Source: Paraspadella gotoi (Eukaryota; Animalia; Chaetognatha). From it: a stretch of 64,000 nt of DNA. Below, in pieces: positions 1-21,585 of the stretch. The notes under the pieces were generated by a model. The model was not told the origin of the DNA. It did not search any database and worked only from the letters and a program-made list of their open reading frames with translations. Position 1 is the stretch's first letter. Each line of letters starts with the position of its first letter. The DNA lies in contig CM119268.1 in assembly GCA_051294375.1 (NCBI GenBank), positions 2,338,232-2,402,231 of the forward strand, written 5' to 3'. A program made the translations under genes and the position numbers.

Positions 1-1714
1 TGGGAAAAAAAGAATAATAGTTAGTAAATTCCAATTCATTGTTGAAAATACCCAATAGAAATCCTGCCAGGGTAAGTAGTCATGAAATTCCAGCTTAGTC
101 TTTGAAAAAAAAAATCCGGATTTCAGGAGATGAAAGTAATAAAAAATCTTGGCTTCGATGAATTAAGATTCAGAGTCGAACCTTTTTTTTTTCTATCGCG
201 ACGAAAACGAGGCCAAAAAAAAAAAGAAAAAAAAAAAAAAGGTAAACAATATGAAAAGCGGTCGAGCCCTTGGATGTAAAGTGCCAACTAATTTCGAGGA
301 AAATAAGTCCTGAAATATTTATAAACGTTTGGGAATTCGCAGTAAAACTTTCAGATTTTGAAAGCGATAAAAATATGTAAAGAGTACAATTTTTTACTTT
401 TCAAATAACTAAATACGAATTCAAATTAGCCTTTCGAGAGCTCAGTTCACACTCAAGTAGAACATCACAAAAAATTATCATCATCATCATCGATCATCGT
501 ATCGTCATCGTCATCTCGTCGTAGTCGTCTGAAGACTTTGAGATGGACATAAGCTCGCCACCTGCTTCGTTGCCTTGGGGGTTCGTGGCGCCTTCATCCC
601 TTAACAAAATAATATTGTTTTATTATTTCAACTTTATTTACGTTTAACTTTTTCTAACTTTAACTTTTCATTCATATTCTCATTTTTATAATCCTTGGAT
701 TTTCATCGTGCTCATAATTTCTCCGGTTTTTGTTTACACTTTAACGCAGTACATTTCAACGAAATTTTTTTTTTTTCCCCATTTCATTTTCTCTTCGAGT
801 TCGATATTTCACTTTTCTTTTTTCAAAAAACTTTTTTTGGCGCCTTTCGTTAAATGTCAGCGAAAACAAAGAGAAAATGAGGTGAACTTGTGATTTTCAG
901 GGTTGCAGAGGAGCTGTTCCACGAAGAGGTCTGACTAAAAATATTAGCAATATATGTCGATTTAATTCTATGCAAAATTTTTAAATTAAAAAACTTGAGA
1001 TATATAATTTTTTTAGTTTAGTGAGAAGCTTTTAAGTGTTGATTTAAAGTTATCAGTAATATTTAAACACATCACGAAAGCCTGTATAACTTTTTTTCCT
1101 ACTTTTTCTTTTTAACCATTTTTGTGCGATAGAATGATATACGTAGCTAAAGTTTTGATGTTTCCCTCGGGCTAAACCTTTTTCTGATGTTATTGGATTT
1201 CCGGACTGTGGCCGTAAACTTCTTACGAGAAATCCCTTTATAGACGAAAACCTTCTCAGTTGTTAATTGTTCTCAGTTATTAATCACTCGCAAAAAAAAA
1301 TCCGTTTTTTTAAAAGTAGATATAATTTTAAAGAGAAAAACATTTTAGAGAACCGTAAGCTAAGTAAGCGAAGTTTGTTCTGTGAGGATAAAATTCACTT
1401 GGAACGTTTGTGAAAAAATTGAAGCGACGATTTCGACGACTAATGAAGTTTGGCGTTATCACAGCCGGGGGAAAATAAATTCACCGTGAATTCGTTTTGA
1501 GGTTTAAATGTCGCGATCCGAGTTAAATAACTGCCAACATCTTTGCGGCGTACAACGAGCAATTACCTCCGAACCTGTGGGTTTCAATGTAACCGATAAA
1601 TCGAGCAAAATTCTGTTGATAAAAAAAATAATTTTTTCTCTCAGTTCCGAAAGCTTTTTTGAAGAGCTTCTTCGTTGAGTGATTTTTACCCAGTGAAGAG
1701 AGAGAGAGAGAGAC

Positions 1715-1749
<35 letters not shown>

Positions 1750-1874
1750 AGAGAGAGACGATTAACGGACGACGAATATGACGAAGGGGCAACAGGAAGG
1801 AAACTCCAAGACGGTTAAGAATACGAAGCGCGATCACTGACGACGTAGTCGATGATTGGCCCTCGAGGAGAGAG

Positions 1875-1911
<37 letters not shown>

Positions 1912-3001
1912 GAGCAGGGGGAGAGAAGAGCAAGATGAGAGAGAGAGAGAGAGAGAGAGAGAGTCAAAAAACATCGATTCGGGATGACCCTCCTTGAGAC
2001 GCTGGGAGTCGAGACGGGGGGTTCGAGGGGATCGTATTTCGGCTCTCTTTTCCCGGAACGCCCCATTTCTGTTCTCTCATCCTGGGATTTAATTTTAATC
2101 TTAATATTTAACCTAAATATATTTTTAAACTTATAATCTCTGTTTTAGGACTTTATTAAGTACTACTAACGAATTTTTAAGCACGTACCAAGGTTAACAA
2201 TCAATACGTCTCTCTATTAGTTCAAAGGGATATTTATTCTGAATATATTTTAAAACAGGTTTCAAGGAAACCTGGTTAGAAGGAAGTCGTTTACGGTCAA
2301 GTTATTAGCAAGAAGTGAGAATTAACTTTAAATATCCTTTCAACAATTTTTTTTTATGGGAGAGTTAATGATTCCATTTCTATAATTAGGTTAAACCAGA
2401 GTTAAGGGAAAATTTTCGATACGACGAAAAGGGTCATTACATTAACGTCGATTTTCTAATTTACAAGGAAACGACTTTTTTATCCTCAAGCAATGCGCGA
2501 ATCTGTGAGACTCTTCCGTTAACAAACTTACAAAAGAACTTTTTAGTCAAATTTAGATAAAAATCAACAATATTAAGGGGACAGAAGAAAGCGCGACCAC
2601 CGACGACGACGACGACGGAAAATCTTCGGAGAATTCGCGACCACCGAAGCTGGAATCACTCAGCCCTCTTGTCTCAGGGTTAAAGGATTCGAGCGGCAAA
2701 CAACGATTTCATTGCGTCAATTTTTTTTTGTCTGTCTGTCTGTCTGTCTTTCTTTCTTTCTTTCATATATTCATTGCGCCCCTTTTTTTGTCTTTCTTTC
2801 TTTTTTGTGTCTTTCTTTCTCTCTTTCTTTCTTTCCTTTTTTTGGCAAGGTGGGGGGGGGCGGACGTGCCTCGTCTCCTGGAAATAAAGATAAGATTTTT
2901 TTTTCTCGATCGGTGGCGACTCGAGGTTTTCGAGAATAGAGAGGGCACTGAAGAGAAGACGGGGTGAGAAATGCGTGTGTTGCGGATGAGTTTTTATTTG
3001 G

Positions 3002-3215
3002 AACAGAAGAGCTTTGTGGGTAAGTCAAACGAGGAAACTTCATGGGTAAGTCGAACAGTGAAACTTTGTGGGTAAGTGAAAAAGAGGAACTTTGGGGGTA
3101 ATTCACAAACTGAGGAGATTTGTGGGTAAGTCAAACAAAGAAACTTTGTGGGTAAGTGGAATAGAGGAACTTTGTGGATAAGTCGAACAGAGAAGCTTTG
3201 TGGGTAAGTCGAATT
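3002..3215 (+). repeat. About 26-bp minisatellite, about 8 copies (ctttgtgggtaagtcaaacagaggaa-like)
   Basis: Recurring ctttgtgggtaagt core at about 26-bp spacing. Confidence 0.85.
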
Positions 3216-6024
3216 GAATTTCGTAGTAGATTTGTACTCCTACGCAATCAAAATGGAGAATTCTCGTCCATCGTTAAATTTGTTCGTTTTAGTAAGACGA
3301 AGATTAAGCAAGCGATAACAAAAACGACGAAGACCAAGCTTTCCCTTTTTCGCCGAACGAAGACAAGCAGAACGAAGACAAGCGGAACGAAGACAAGCAG
3401 GAGGCGTGAAAAGGTGAGGAGACTCGAAATGTCTCACCGATGTCGAGTTTCGCTTTTTGTTTGATCTCGGGATCGACGACCCCGCGTTCACGGGCGTTCA
3501 CAGACGATCACCGATTCTGGGTTTATTCATCTGTCTAGAGTCTATTGATCTTGTTGATTGACTCTGATCGAATTTATGCCAGGTCATTGGCGATTGTCGT
3601 CGTCGTCGTCGTCGTCGTCGTCTTAAGACGTCGTTTAGGTCGTCGTCTTTTTCAAGGATAATTTTGTGCAGATAATTTTCGGTGTGAGAAATTGTGCAGT
3701 ATCCGATACTGTATCGAGAAAAAGATACAATTGTTTTAGGAGTTTTTATAGTATTTAAAAATGGTTTTCTCAAAGATTAAGAAACAAATATTTAGGTTAA
3801 AAAAAATAAGTACAGCTGATCGGAAATCATTTTTTTTTTTTGGTGAAAAAGAAAAAGAAATTGTTACTTCCTTTTTCGATTCTGACGACGAATCAGAGAA
3901 AAAAAGTCTCGTTGGAATTGGATTTCGGTTGGAAAAAGGATTCCAGGTTGAATCATCTTTCTTCTTTGAAGAAAAGAGAGATGAAAAGAAAAGAAAGATG
4001 AAAAGAAAAGAAAAGAAAGAAGAAAAGAAAAGAAAGAAGAAAAGAAAAGAAAGAAGAAAAGAAAAGAAAGAAGAAAAGAAAGGAAAGAAGAAATTGAGAT
4101 CCTGTCCAGAACTTTTTTTCTTTTCGAGAAAGAAAGTTTTTTTTTAAATTCTTTTCTGCATCGCGATTTGTTACAACGGAAGCGAGACCTGGAGTATTCC
4201 TGGAATGTTATCGATGCAAAGTTTTTTTTTTTAATTATAAGTTTAATGACTTCCGATTCTTTCTATACAAAAAATTTCTTTCTAAACAACAACTGACTTT
4301 TCGAATTAGAAATTTAGTCAACTCTACCCTCAAGACTTTTAAGGATAACGATCTTTTAAAAAGCTTACATATAAATGGGAAAATGGATGGCTATCTTTTT
4401 TCGGAGCTAAAATTTATTAAAAAGAAAAATAAAAAAAAAAATTTCAGGTTTTACAGATTTCGAGTAGCAAAGGTTTTTTTAGTACGAATAAAATTGAAAT
4501 GTCACGCATAAATTTTAAGCTTTCCCAAGTTAACAAAAACAGAGAGAGAAAAAAAAAGAAATATTGTGGAAGACAATGAAGAAAAATCGCTCTTAGGAGA
4601 AAATTGTAAATATAACAATATCGACGATTTTTTTACGAGGTCACGGACTTAAAAAAAAGATTTATATGAGAAACTTTTTGTTTTAACGAATTAAATCAAA
4701 TCCGAAGTTCAAAAAAAATATTATTTAAATATCCGCGAATTTGAATCGAGAAAAAAAAAGTAAATTGTCTCCGTAGAAGAATAGAAATTTTCGTCGAAAG
4801 AACATTTTCGATTTTCCAAAGTCTAAACAAACGGACGGGGCGGCGCGGCGGTATGCGGAGTCTGTCAGTCCGTCTGTCGGTTAGCGAAAAGCGAAAATGA
4901 TGTTTTAAAAACGTCATAACGACAAGGTTATGTCACATCGCATCACTTCATATATTTATATATATTTATGTATTTATATATTCATTCTATAAATACCGAT
5001 TCTGCCAATTATTAAAAGGAAAGTTTTCAGTCGGTGGAATCGTTTGCGTATCAAAATATCTGAAAGAAAAGGACGAAGATAAAGTGACATAAAGTGACCA
5101 AAAAGAGTTCAGTTCATCTCAGCCGTCGTCATTTAATATCCGATTTAAAACGCCTCCAGAATTTTATAATAGCAAACGCCAACGCCGGCGGCAGCGGTAG
5201 CGGCGGCGGCGGCGGCGCTGACTGCCGCTGCTTTCGAAACCGGGACACGACATTTGTCCGACTGTCGTTCACGCCTTCACGACTCACAAGTCACAGACGC
5301 ATGTTCTCTCACGGTGACAGTCACAGCGACGTTCCGAATCATATTTCCCCTCGATTCGAAGGACCCCCTCCCCCCCAGCTCGCCCCCCCTTTCCTACGGA
5401 CCCTGGGGGACTTTAACTGGAAAAAAAAAGGGCGGATTGGGGGGGCGACGGGTCTCAGATGACCCAAACTCCGAATATTTCTCGAAAAAAAATCCAGAGA
5501 AACAGACTCTGGCCGTAAACCCTTGAAGACCCGAACTGTAAAGGGAGAAGCGAGTTTAGTTGATTTACGAGAGACCAGACTGTAAAAGTTCGCGGCGGGG
5601 GAAAAAAAAAAGAGGCCGTCGTCTGGGAGACGCGGGGGTAGGCTACGAGGATGAGGAGGTGGAGGAGGAGGAGGAGGAAGGGGAAGAGGAGACGATGAAG
5701 ATGATAATTTAAGAAGTCGAAAACGAAGAGGACGAGGAAGACAACGACCAAGACGACGATGAATAGGACAAGGAAAACGACAAGGAGAAAGACAAAGACA
5801 ACAACGACGAAGACGACGATGATGACGACGACGACGACGACGAATGCGACGATGACGACGACGACGACGACGAAGTGTGCGAATCGACCACACGGAAGAT
5901 TCGTAGAAATCAAGAAGGGACATGAGAAGAAATCCAGACTATCAACAGAGGTTTAAACACGGAAACCGATACGAAAGACTGACAGAGAATCAAGGACAAG
6001 ACTAGGAAGAGAGAGAGAGGAGAT

Positions 6025-6074
<50 letters not shown>

Positions 6075-6221
6075 GAGTGAGAGAAGGAGAGAGACGAGGA
6101 GAGAGAAAGTTGATTTGAAGCTTGTTGAAATGATGACATTTTGAATTTCGAGGTGAGCGTAAGGGAAAGATTCGGCGAGAAAGGGTTACGAAAAGAAGAG
6201 AGAGAGAAGAGGAGAGAGAGA

Positions 6222-6253
<32 letters not shown>

Positions 6254-6427
6254 AGAGAGAGAGGAGAAGAGGAGTTAATTTGCATTCTTTATAACCATTT
6301 TTAAGACTATTGAATCTGGGATATTGATTCTAATGATGAATTTTCAAATCGAAAAATATTCACACACGAAAAAAAAGACGAGAAAAAAACCCGGATAAGT
6401 TTCGATGAAAGCTATTCGGCGTGAGAC

Positions 6428-6492
<65 letters not shown>

Positions 6493-9400
6493 AGAGAGAG
6501 AGATGATGGAGAGAGAGAGAGAGGAGAGAGATGAGAGAGAGAGTAGAGATGGAGAGAGAGAAACTCCTTTCATTAGTGTCTTGGAGAGGAAAGTGAGGAT
6601 AAAGGATGAGGAGCGGGAGAAACATCTGTCGCTAAAAACGAAGTAACGTGAACAGAAGTGAAAGACGAAAACAAGGAGAGAAAGAAGTTGATAAAGATTC
6701 CGTGTGATCGACCGACGGAAAGACATAGAGTTGCTCCGCAAGTACTCAAAAGTAATAATAAGAACTAAGAAGAACCTTTTTGATCATTGGTAAATTGGTA
6801 ATATCACCGATATATATTTTTTTTATTCTCAAAAAACAGACCGGATTCGCCGTCTAAACTTTTAATGACCGGAAACATTGCAACATATTAAATATTATTT
6901 ATAATAAAAATATGTTAGATGACAGAGACAAAAGTTTTCATCGAACCTTCTCATATGCATGCATCTCTTCCTTTCATGACACGTTTGTAATACGCAATCG
7001 TTCAATTATTCTACTTATCTCGAACTTCTTACTCATTCATTAACTTCTCCAAATTCATTTCCTTCTTTTATTGTTTTAAAACTTTAAATTTCTCACTCAT
7101 TTCCGCCGGAAGAAGCATTTCAAATTTTATCCAAATTCGACTTTGGACACAAAAAGTTCGTCTCGATGCGTTCGTCTTAATTCTCCAACGTCAAAAACCT
7201 TTATTTATTTTTCACGTTTCCTTATTTATTTTTCAATTTTTTTCTCACTTTTCACTTAAATTTTCCTGTCGTAGTTTTCGGATTTTTGAAATGTTAATTG
7301 GATGTTTTTTTTTTCATTCGACGCGTGTAATTTTTTTTAAAACATTTCGTGTAGTACGTATTTTTAAATTAAAAAAGGCGAGTTTTAAACCTTCGTCAAA
7401 ATTTATTTTACTATAACGACATTAGTTAACGAACGAAAAATAAAAATTAAGAAGTTTATTAAGTCGTTAATAGGATTACATAAGCATATTTAAAAAAACA
7501 AAACAATAATTTACCAATTTTACCTGATTACCAAAATCACTTTTCCACTTTATACTTTTCTGCGCGTAATTTTTCTCAAAACCGAATTAAAAAAAAATGT
7601 TGTTTTTTTTAGTTGCCACATCCGGCATTAAAGATACGACAGCTGTTTCGTAATTCTAAAGTCAAAATGAGTTTTAGTATTTCTTTATATAACGTCTACT
7701 ATGCCTTTTAAATAGTTTATATTAATATTTCAATTAACCATTCATGCAATAACTGGGCCATCTTGCTCTCATATCATATACAGGGTCTATGGTGAGTTTT
7801 TAACTGGCATTGCAAATTTAACCCGGTCTGAGGAACTTGTACCTTTAAGTGTGACAATGATTAAAGCCAATCAGCTCGTGATCATTAGGGAAAAGATCGA
7901 TCCACGAAGGAAGCGACTCTCTCACAGTGTGGTTTAAGGGTTTCAACAGTTTCCATTGGATAAAAGGTTCGACAATCAACACAGCAAGACCCTAAAAGCA
8001 AAACCTGCGGCTAATCTTCAGCTAACCTGACGCTATCAGCCGATATTTGACCAAGATTCTTTCCCTCGACTCTGAAGGTTATCGGTTCGAGTCCCGATAA
8101 AGCGAGCATCCAAGTTTTTGCCTTGAAGTTCAAGATGATAGCAAACAAAACAACAATCGACTCTTATCTTGATAGGAAAAATGCGCAAACAGGATCGATA
8201 AGGGATGGAAAGATCGACGCAAAAACACGCTCATCATATTTTCTATAAAATATTATAAACTAACAAATATCATAAACTAACAAATATTAATGGCTGTGAA
8301 CTTTTTGTCCGGGAAAATTCAGGCCGTACCAGGCCTGTAAAACAAGTTAATATGCTGAGGTAGAACTAATATTATATAATATTTGGCCGCTATGATAAAT
8401 GGGTCTTGCCGGAACCAACGCTTTGTTATGAAACGATTAGTTTTTGAAGAAACGCTGGTTTAGACAATATAATGTCGATCTCGCTTGAATGATTAAGTTG
8501 GAACAATATGAAAAATCAGTTTATTTTTATTAGACAGATGAGAAATAAGAGTTATTCATTTGCCCGACGTTATATTTTTCACACTGAATTACGTAACGTT
8601 AATACTATTCATAACTACAGTATGCAAATATGATTAAGTATATAATATTAATAATAGAATAAACCTTAAACCAGCCTGTCCCAAGTCAGGGGCAAGATAG
8701 CTCAGTTATTAAATGAATGGATAATTTTTATACAGGTTGTACCAATTTCATAGCTGTTATTCTATTGTATGAGGCTCCTTTTGTTCTCGTCCGTAGTTCC
8801 CCTCCATCCCGCTACGCTTCGCCAAATCAAGGGCGAAACGATTTATAAACAAAAGTCAATTTAGCGTTTTCTCGGAAGCAAGAAATGAATCTGTCTAGTT
8901 GAAGATCACAGGCTAAAAATTAACTTAAATTTTACTGTTGTCTCGTTCATTAATTCGAAGTCTAACTTAAATTTCAACGATCTAACTGAATGTTTCCTAA
9001 CAATCCTAAAATCAAATACGCCTTTGGTTTGTTTGTTATTGTATTTTTTTTGTTCATAATGCATTAGTAGTAATCTAAGACATCTACGTTGACGCTATGA
9101 GTGAACAGCAAAGTAAAAAGCGGAGGATAATTATTATGAGTAATCGATGACTGTTTTTGCTGTCGTTATCAAAAAATCTACGGCACAATAAAAAACGAAA
9201 TTTCCGTCTTCGTTAAAATATTTCGTTTGTGACTTAATTTAAATGTGTCGTAACAACGAACCGAAGGCTGACAAATTAAATAAATCGTGTATATATGCTG
9301 TTTCACTAACAATGACGAACTTTTTATAACGAATGCAGGAAGACAGCATTGATAGAAAGGTCGGCCAATTTGTTTTTACTCTGTTTATGTTACGTATGTT

Positions 9401-10262
9401 TCCGATAAAACAAAGTTTTCAAATTTTAATATTCTTTCACGAGTTTCAATGTTTTAACCGCGAATCTAATTTGGCCGTTTAGATATTTATTAATTATTAT
9501 AAACAAAAACATCAAATCTGGAAAACAGAAAAAATATTTCTCGTTAAAAACAAAACCAATTAAACAACAGTTTCAATTCAATATTAATCAACTATGTATG
9601 GATTAATAACAGCAATAACGAATGAAGTTGTATTTTTTTTTTGTTTGGCGGGATTTATTCGATTGTCACAACTTACGTTTAGTGTGAATAAAAGATGCGA
9701 AGTTCCTGTTCATTTGTTTATATATAACGCGACCACATATCTACCACAGCATCGCTTTCTAACTTTAATTATTGGTACAATATTTACATCTTTTTTTTCC
9801 CCCTGTTTCTTGGAAAGATTATTGTTTTTCTCTCGCTTTAAGAAATAATGTCTATTCTTTTACAAGTCATAATTGCATATACATAAAAATGAGACGAAAT
9901 ATCTTTAATTCTAAACTAAACTTTCTACTTGAAGCCACGTTTTCGATTCATGATAAATGGTATGAGAGTAAATGTCGTTATAAGAATAATAAATTTTGTC
10001 AACCGTCTCTCTAAAGGGAAAAAAAAAACTTGCTATTTTGTTTTATTTTTGTTTCTGGAAATAAATAAAAAACCACAACGACATCTCGGATATGACTTAA
10101 CAATCACAACTTGGTCTGTGAAAAGAGTTTCGACGTTCAACGATTCAGTAGTACTTCAGTAGTACTTCAGTAGTACTTATATATGATCCTATTTTTTATT
10201 ATATGTACTAATTTAAATTGACACGCACAAGTTTATTTCTCCAGCGATTCTCCGTTTCCACA

Positions 10263-17750
<7,488 letters not shown>

Positions 17751-17838
17751 AATTTTTCTTGTTTTGTTTTTTCTTTAAATGTTTTTTTTTTTAAATGTTT
17801 TTATTCTTTTTTTTTTTACGTTATATATTCTGTGTGTT

Positions 17839-17849
17839 GCCGCCATTTT
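17839..17849 (-). promoter_or_regulatory. YY1-type motif (AAAATGGCGGC) about 90 bp upstream of the MBD-CXXC-PHD start; could instead be an upstream ATG
   Basis: GCCGCCATTTT on the + strand matches the YY1 consensus; a single short motif only. Confidence 0.25.
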
Positions 17850-17906
17850 TTTTAAGGCTGGTGGATGAAAACAAAAGGAAGAAGAAGGAGAGTTAATGCG
17901 GGATTT

Positions 17907-17993
<87 letters not shown>

Positions 17994-18204
17994 ATTCTAT
18001 CACACAAAAGGCGATAAAACGATACAATAGGTGGTCTTTTCGTTTATTCGACGATGTATGAAATTTTCCCCCCCCCTTTTCCCCCCCAAAAATAAAAGTA
18101 TTCCGTGAAAAGAGTCGATCAGTCAATCGATCGTTTTACTTCATAATTTTAAGGAGAAAGAAAATCACGAACGGTGAAGAAAGGGAAGGCAGAAGAATTG
18201 GAAG

Positions 18205-18301
<97 letters not shown>

Positions 18302-18849
18302 GAGAATGAGAGCGGGATTTTCTTCGACGCAATGACGTTTCGTCGGGAGAAAAAGAATTGAATGAGGACCACGCCCTCTCTTTATTACTTCCCCCTGCAA
18401 TGTTCCCTTGCTCCTCACCCTTCGAGCAGACTCACCGCTCTTTATTCAACGATAACTCACCCTCACTTTCCCAAAACTCGATTTCTGGCTCACTTTTAAT
18501 TTCTGATAAAATGAAATGCACTCGCCCTTCATCATTTGTTGAAATTTTTTTTTTAATGTAGACAGACTGGGAATATAAAATATACTTGAATACAAATTTT
18601 CGATCAATTTCCATTAATTAATTTATCGGGTCGTCTCATCTAATTAACCACAACCCTTTCCACCCCCCTGTCGCCCACCCTGTTCCCGTTCCACGCCCAC
18701 CCGACGTCGGCGTCTCCATGAAAATTCCCCTCCACAGCCCTGGAGATTTTGCCCTCCCGCCGCAAACCCTTTCAGCCTCGGCTGTGACCTTCAGGTGACC
18801 TTCAACTGAGTTCGTAAGCCGCCGAGCGACGAACGACGACGACGACGAC

Positions 18850-19190
18850 GATGGCGATGACGATGACGACGATGGCGATGACGAGGGAGATGGCAAGAGA
18901 GATGACAGGGGAGATGGCGAATGAGATGACAAGGGAGATGGCAAGGGTGATGACAGGGGAGATGGCGAATGAGATGGCGTGGGAGATGACAATGGAGATG
19001 GCAAGAGAGATTGATAGGGGATGTGACAGGGATATGGCGAGGGAGATGGCTGGGAGATGACTAGGGGAGATGGCAAGGAAATGTGACAAGGGAGATGGCG
19101 AGGGAGATGGAATGAGAACCACTGAGAACCATTGAGAACCACTGGAACCAGTGAGAACCGTGAGAACATATGAAAACCAGAGAGAACCAG
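18850..19190. repeat. 12-bp minisatellite (gagatggcaagg / gagatgacaggg) followed by 10-bp gagaaccact repeats
   Basis: Direct reading; about 20 units of 12 bp, then about 8 units of 10 bp. Confidence 0.85.
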
Positions 19191-19264
19191 TTGGACAGTT
19201 TCAGTGATTACGGGTTGAGATCCGTTTGATAACTACGGCTGTTGTGTTTCGCAATGTGGGGATG

Positions 19265-19548
19265 ATAGCGGCGGTGGCGGTGGTGTTAGCGGTGGTGTTG
19301 GTGGGTGGGCGGCGTTGGTGGTCGGCTGGTGCGGTGGTGTTGGTGTGGCGGCGGTGGTGTCGTGTGGTAGCGGTGGTGGCGGTGTGGTAGCGGTGGTGTT
19401 GGTGGCGGCGGCGGTGTGGCGGCCGGCTGGTGTCCGGTGCTGTAGCGGTGGTGTTGGTGGTGGCGGCGGTGGTGTCGGTGGTGGTAGCGGTGGTGTTGGT
19501 GGTGGCGGCGGTGGTGTCGGTGTGTAGCGGTGGTGGGTCAGCGGTGGT
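19265..19548. repeat. (GGT/GGC)-rich 21-bp degenerate repeat that resumes at 21586-21630 beyond the foldback insertion
   Basis: The minus strand reads TNTTAAT/TDTTAAT units; the same motif lies on both sides of the insertion in the same orientation. Confidence 0.75.
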
Positions 19549-21585
19549 TAGGGTGTGCCAAAAAATTTCAAAATCATAGTAGCTCAATTTACATCCGGCA
19601 CATATGTGGGGGTTAAAAAAGATGTTTGCCAAATCTCATCGAATTTCTTCAACACCCTTAGGCACTACCCTCGCTTAAAGGATTTTTGGCACACCTTTGA
19701 CTAAAAAATTAATTGTTTAAAAAATATGACTGTTTATCCGTCCATCAACTTATTAGCTGAGAACTCATCAAAGATTATTTACATCAATTTGAAATCTCAT
19801 TTCAATCCCAGCCTTCACAACTGGCTCCACAGCAGCGGAGATGTGGAGTTTATAAACATCATTGCTTATAATTCCTACCATTCAGGTAGAGATCTCTTAC
19901 TTTTGACATAGTTTACAACTAATAGTTCCCTCTATAAAATCAACAACATTTATTTTTATTTAGTGGTGTGGTTACATCCTGGAGGATAATTTCTGTTCCT
20001 TTTTTATTTTCATAAAATTACTATTTTAAATACTTTTTGGATAATAACAGTACAGGCTGATGTAAGATGATACAAAAATTGGGTCAGATCCAAAAAAATT
20101 GGCACTGAATTAAGCTAGGTTTTCAAGAGAGCCCTCTCTTGAAGATCTGGGAGACACTCCACACCCCCTTTAAATGATAAGATACTTATTTTTTTAATAT
20201 AAAATGCTTGTTTGTTAAAATTTTATGACCAAAAATTTTGCTTAAAGTGTTTTAGTACACTATACCATTAAAACTAGAAAAGATTTTTAATACTGCATTA
20301 ATGCAAAATGGATTTTGGTATCATATTTGCCTCACGAGAGAATTGTTGGAGAACAATAACAAAAGGGGACAATGTAACGAATGTATTTGAAAAATTTTAT
20401 TAAATTAACCGGGAAGATCTTATAGAACTATGAAATGACGACAACAACAACAATCGTTATTAATTCATTAATTTAATTATAAATAGTTTATATATATATT
20501 GTGCCAAAAATGTCTTAAAATAAAATTATTCTTTGATAAGTTATGAGTTTAATAATTATTTACTCGGGTGACTTGAAATGTCCTCAGTCATTTTACATGA
20601 CCTTAGTCACAAAGATTCCTTTCACCAAAATCAGTAAATCCTCTGTTGTCGTTGTTGTCGTCATGTCATAGTTATAAGATCTCGGTTAATTTAATAAATT
20701 TCTTCAAATACATTCGTACATTTGTCCCCTTTTGTTATTGTTCTCCAACAATTCTCTCGTGCCAAACAAATATGATAGCCAAAATCCATTTTGCATAAGG
20801 CCAGTATTTAAAAATCTTTTCTAGTTTTTAATGATTAAGTGTACTAAAACTTGAAGCATATTTTTGGTCATAGAAATTTTAACCAAACAAGCATTTTTAT
20901 ATTTAAAAAATAAGGTATTTTACCCCTTCATTAAAAGGGGGGTTCTGGTTGAGTTGCTCCCAGATCCTTCAAGAGAGGCTCTCTGAAACCTATGGCTTAA
21001 TTTCATTGGCAAATTTTTTGGATTCTGACCAATTTTTGGGTATCATTTTACATCAGCCTGAATGTTAAATTATCCAAAAATGTAATTTAAAAATAGTAAT
21101 TTTATGAAAATAAAAAAAGGAACAGAATTATTCTCCAGGATGTAACCACACCACTAAATAAAATCAAATGTTGTGATTTATATAGAGGAACATATTAGTT
21201 GTAAAAGCTATGGTCAAAGTAAGAGATTCTACCACCTGAATGGTTAGGGAAATATATAGACATGATGTTATCAACTCCACAATCCTCCAGCGTGCTGTGG
21301 AGCCAGGGTTGTGAAGCGCTGTGGATGAAAGAGCATTTCAAATTGATGTGAAATAACTCCTTGAAGAGTTCCTCAGCCTAATAAGTTGAGTGACGGATAA
21401 ACAAGTCATATTTTTTAAACAATTAATTTTTAGTCAAAGGTGTGCCAAAAATCCTTTAAGCGAGGGAGTGCTAAGGGTGTTGAAGCCATTCGATGAGATT
21501 TGGGCAAACATACTTTTTATACCCCCACATATTGTTGCCGGATGTAAATTAGAGCTACTATGATTTTTAAATTTTGGCCACCCTA
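19549..21585. mobile_element. Non-autonomous foldback/MULE-like DNA element, about 0.9-kb inverted arms and about 190-bp spacer
   Basis: 19549-20452 is the reverse complement of about 20645-21585. Termini TAGGGTG(T)GCC...GGCCACCCTA are flanked by identical 9-mers AGCGGTGGT (19540-19548, 21586-21594). No transposase ORF. Confidence 0.75.

Noticed and set aside
891-2710. Small plus-strand exon candidates (VAEELFHEE near 901-928; EESATTDDDDDGKSS near 2585-2700)
   Set aside because: Plausible splice-like sites, but no consistent gene model or homology could be built.
8040-8110. tRNA gene around GGTTCGAGTCCC
   Set aside because: Only an isolated B-box/T-arm hairpin; no A-box or acceptor stem found.
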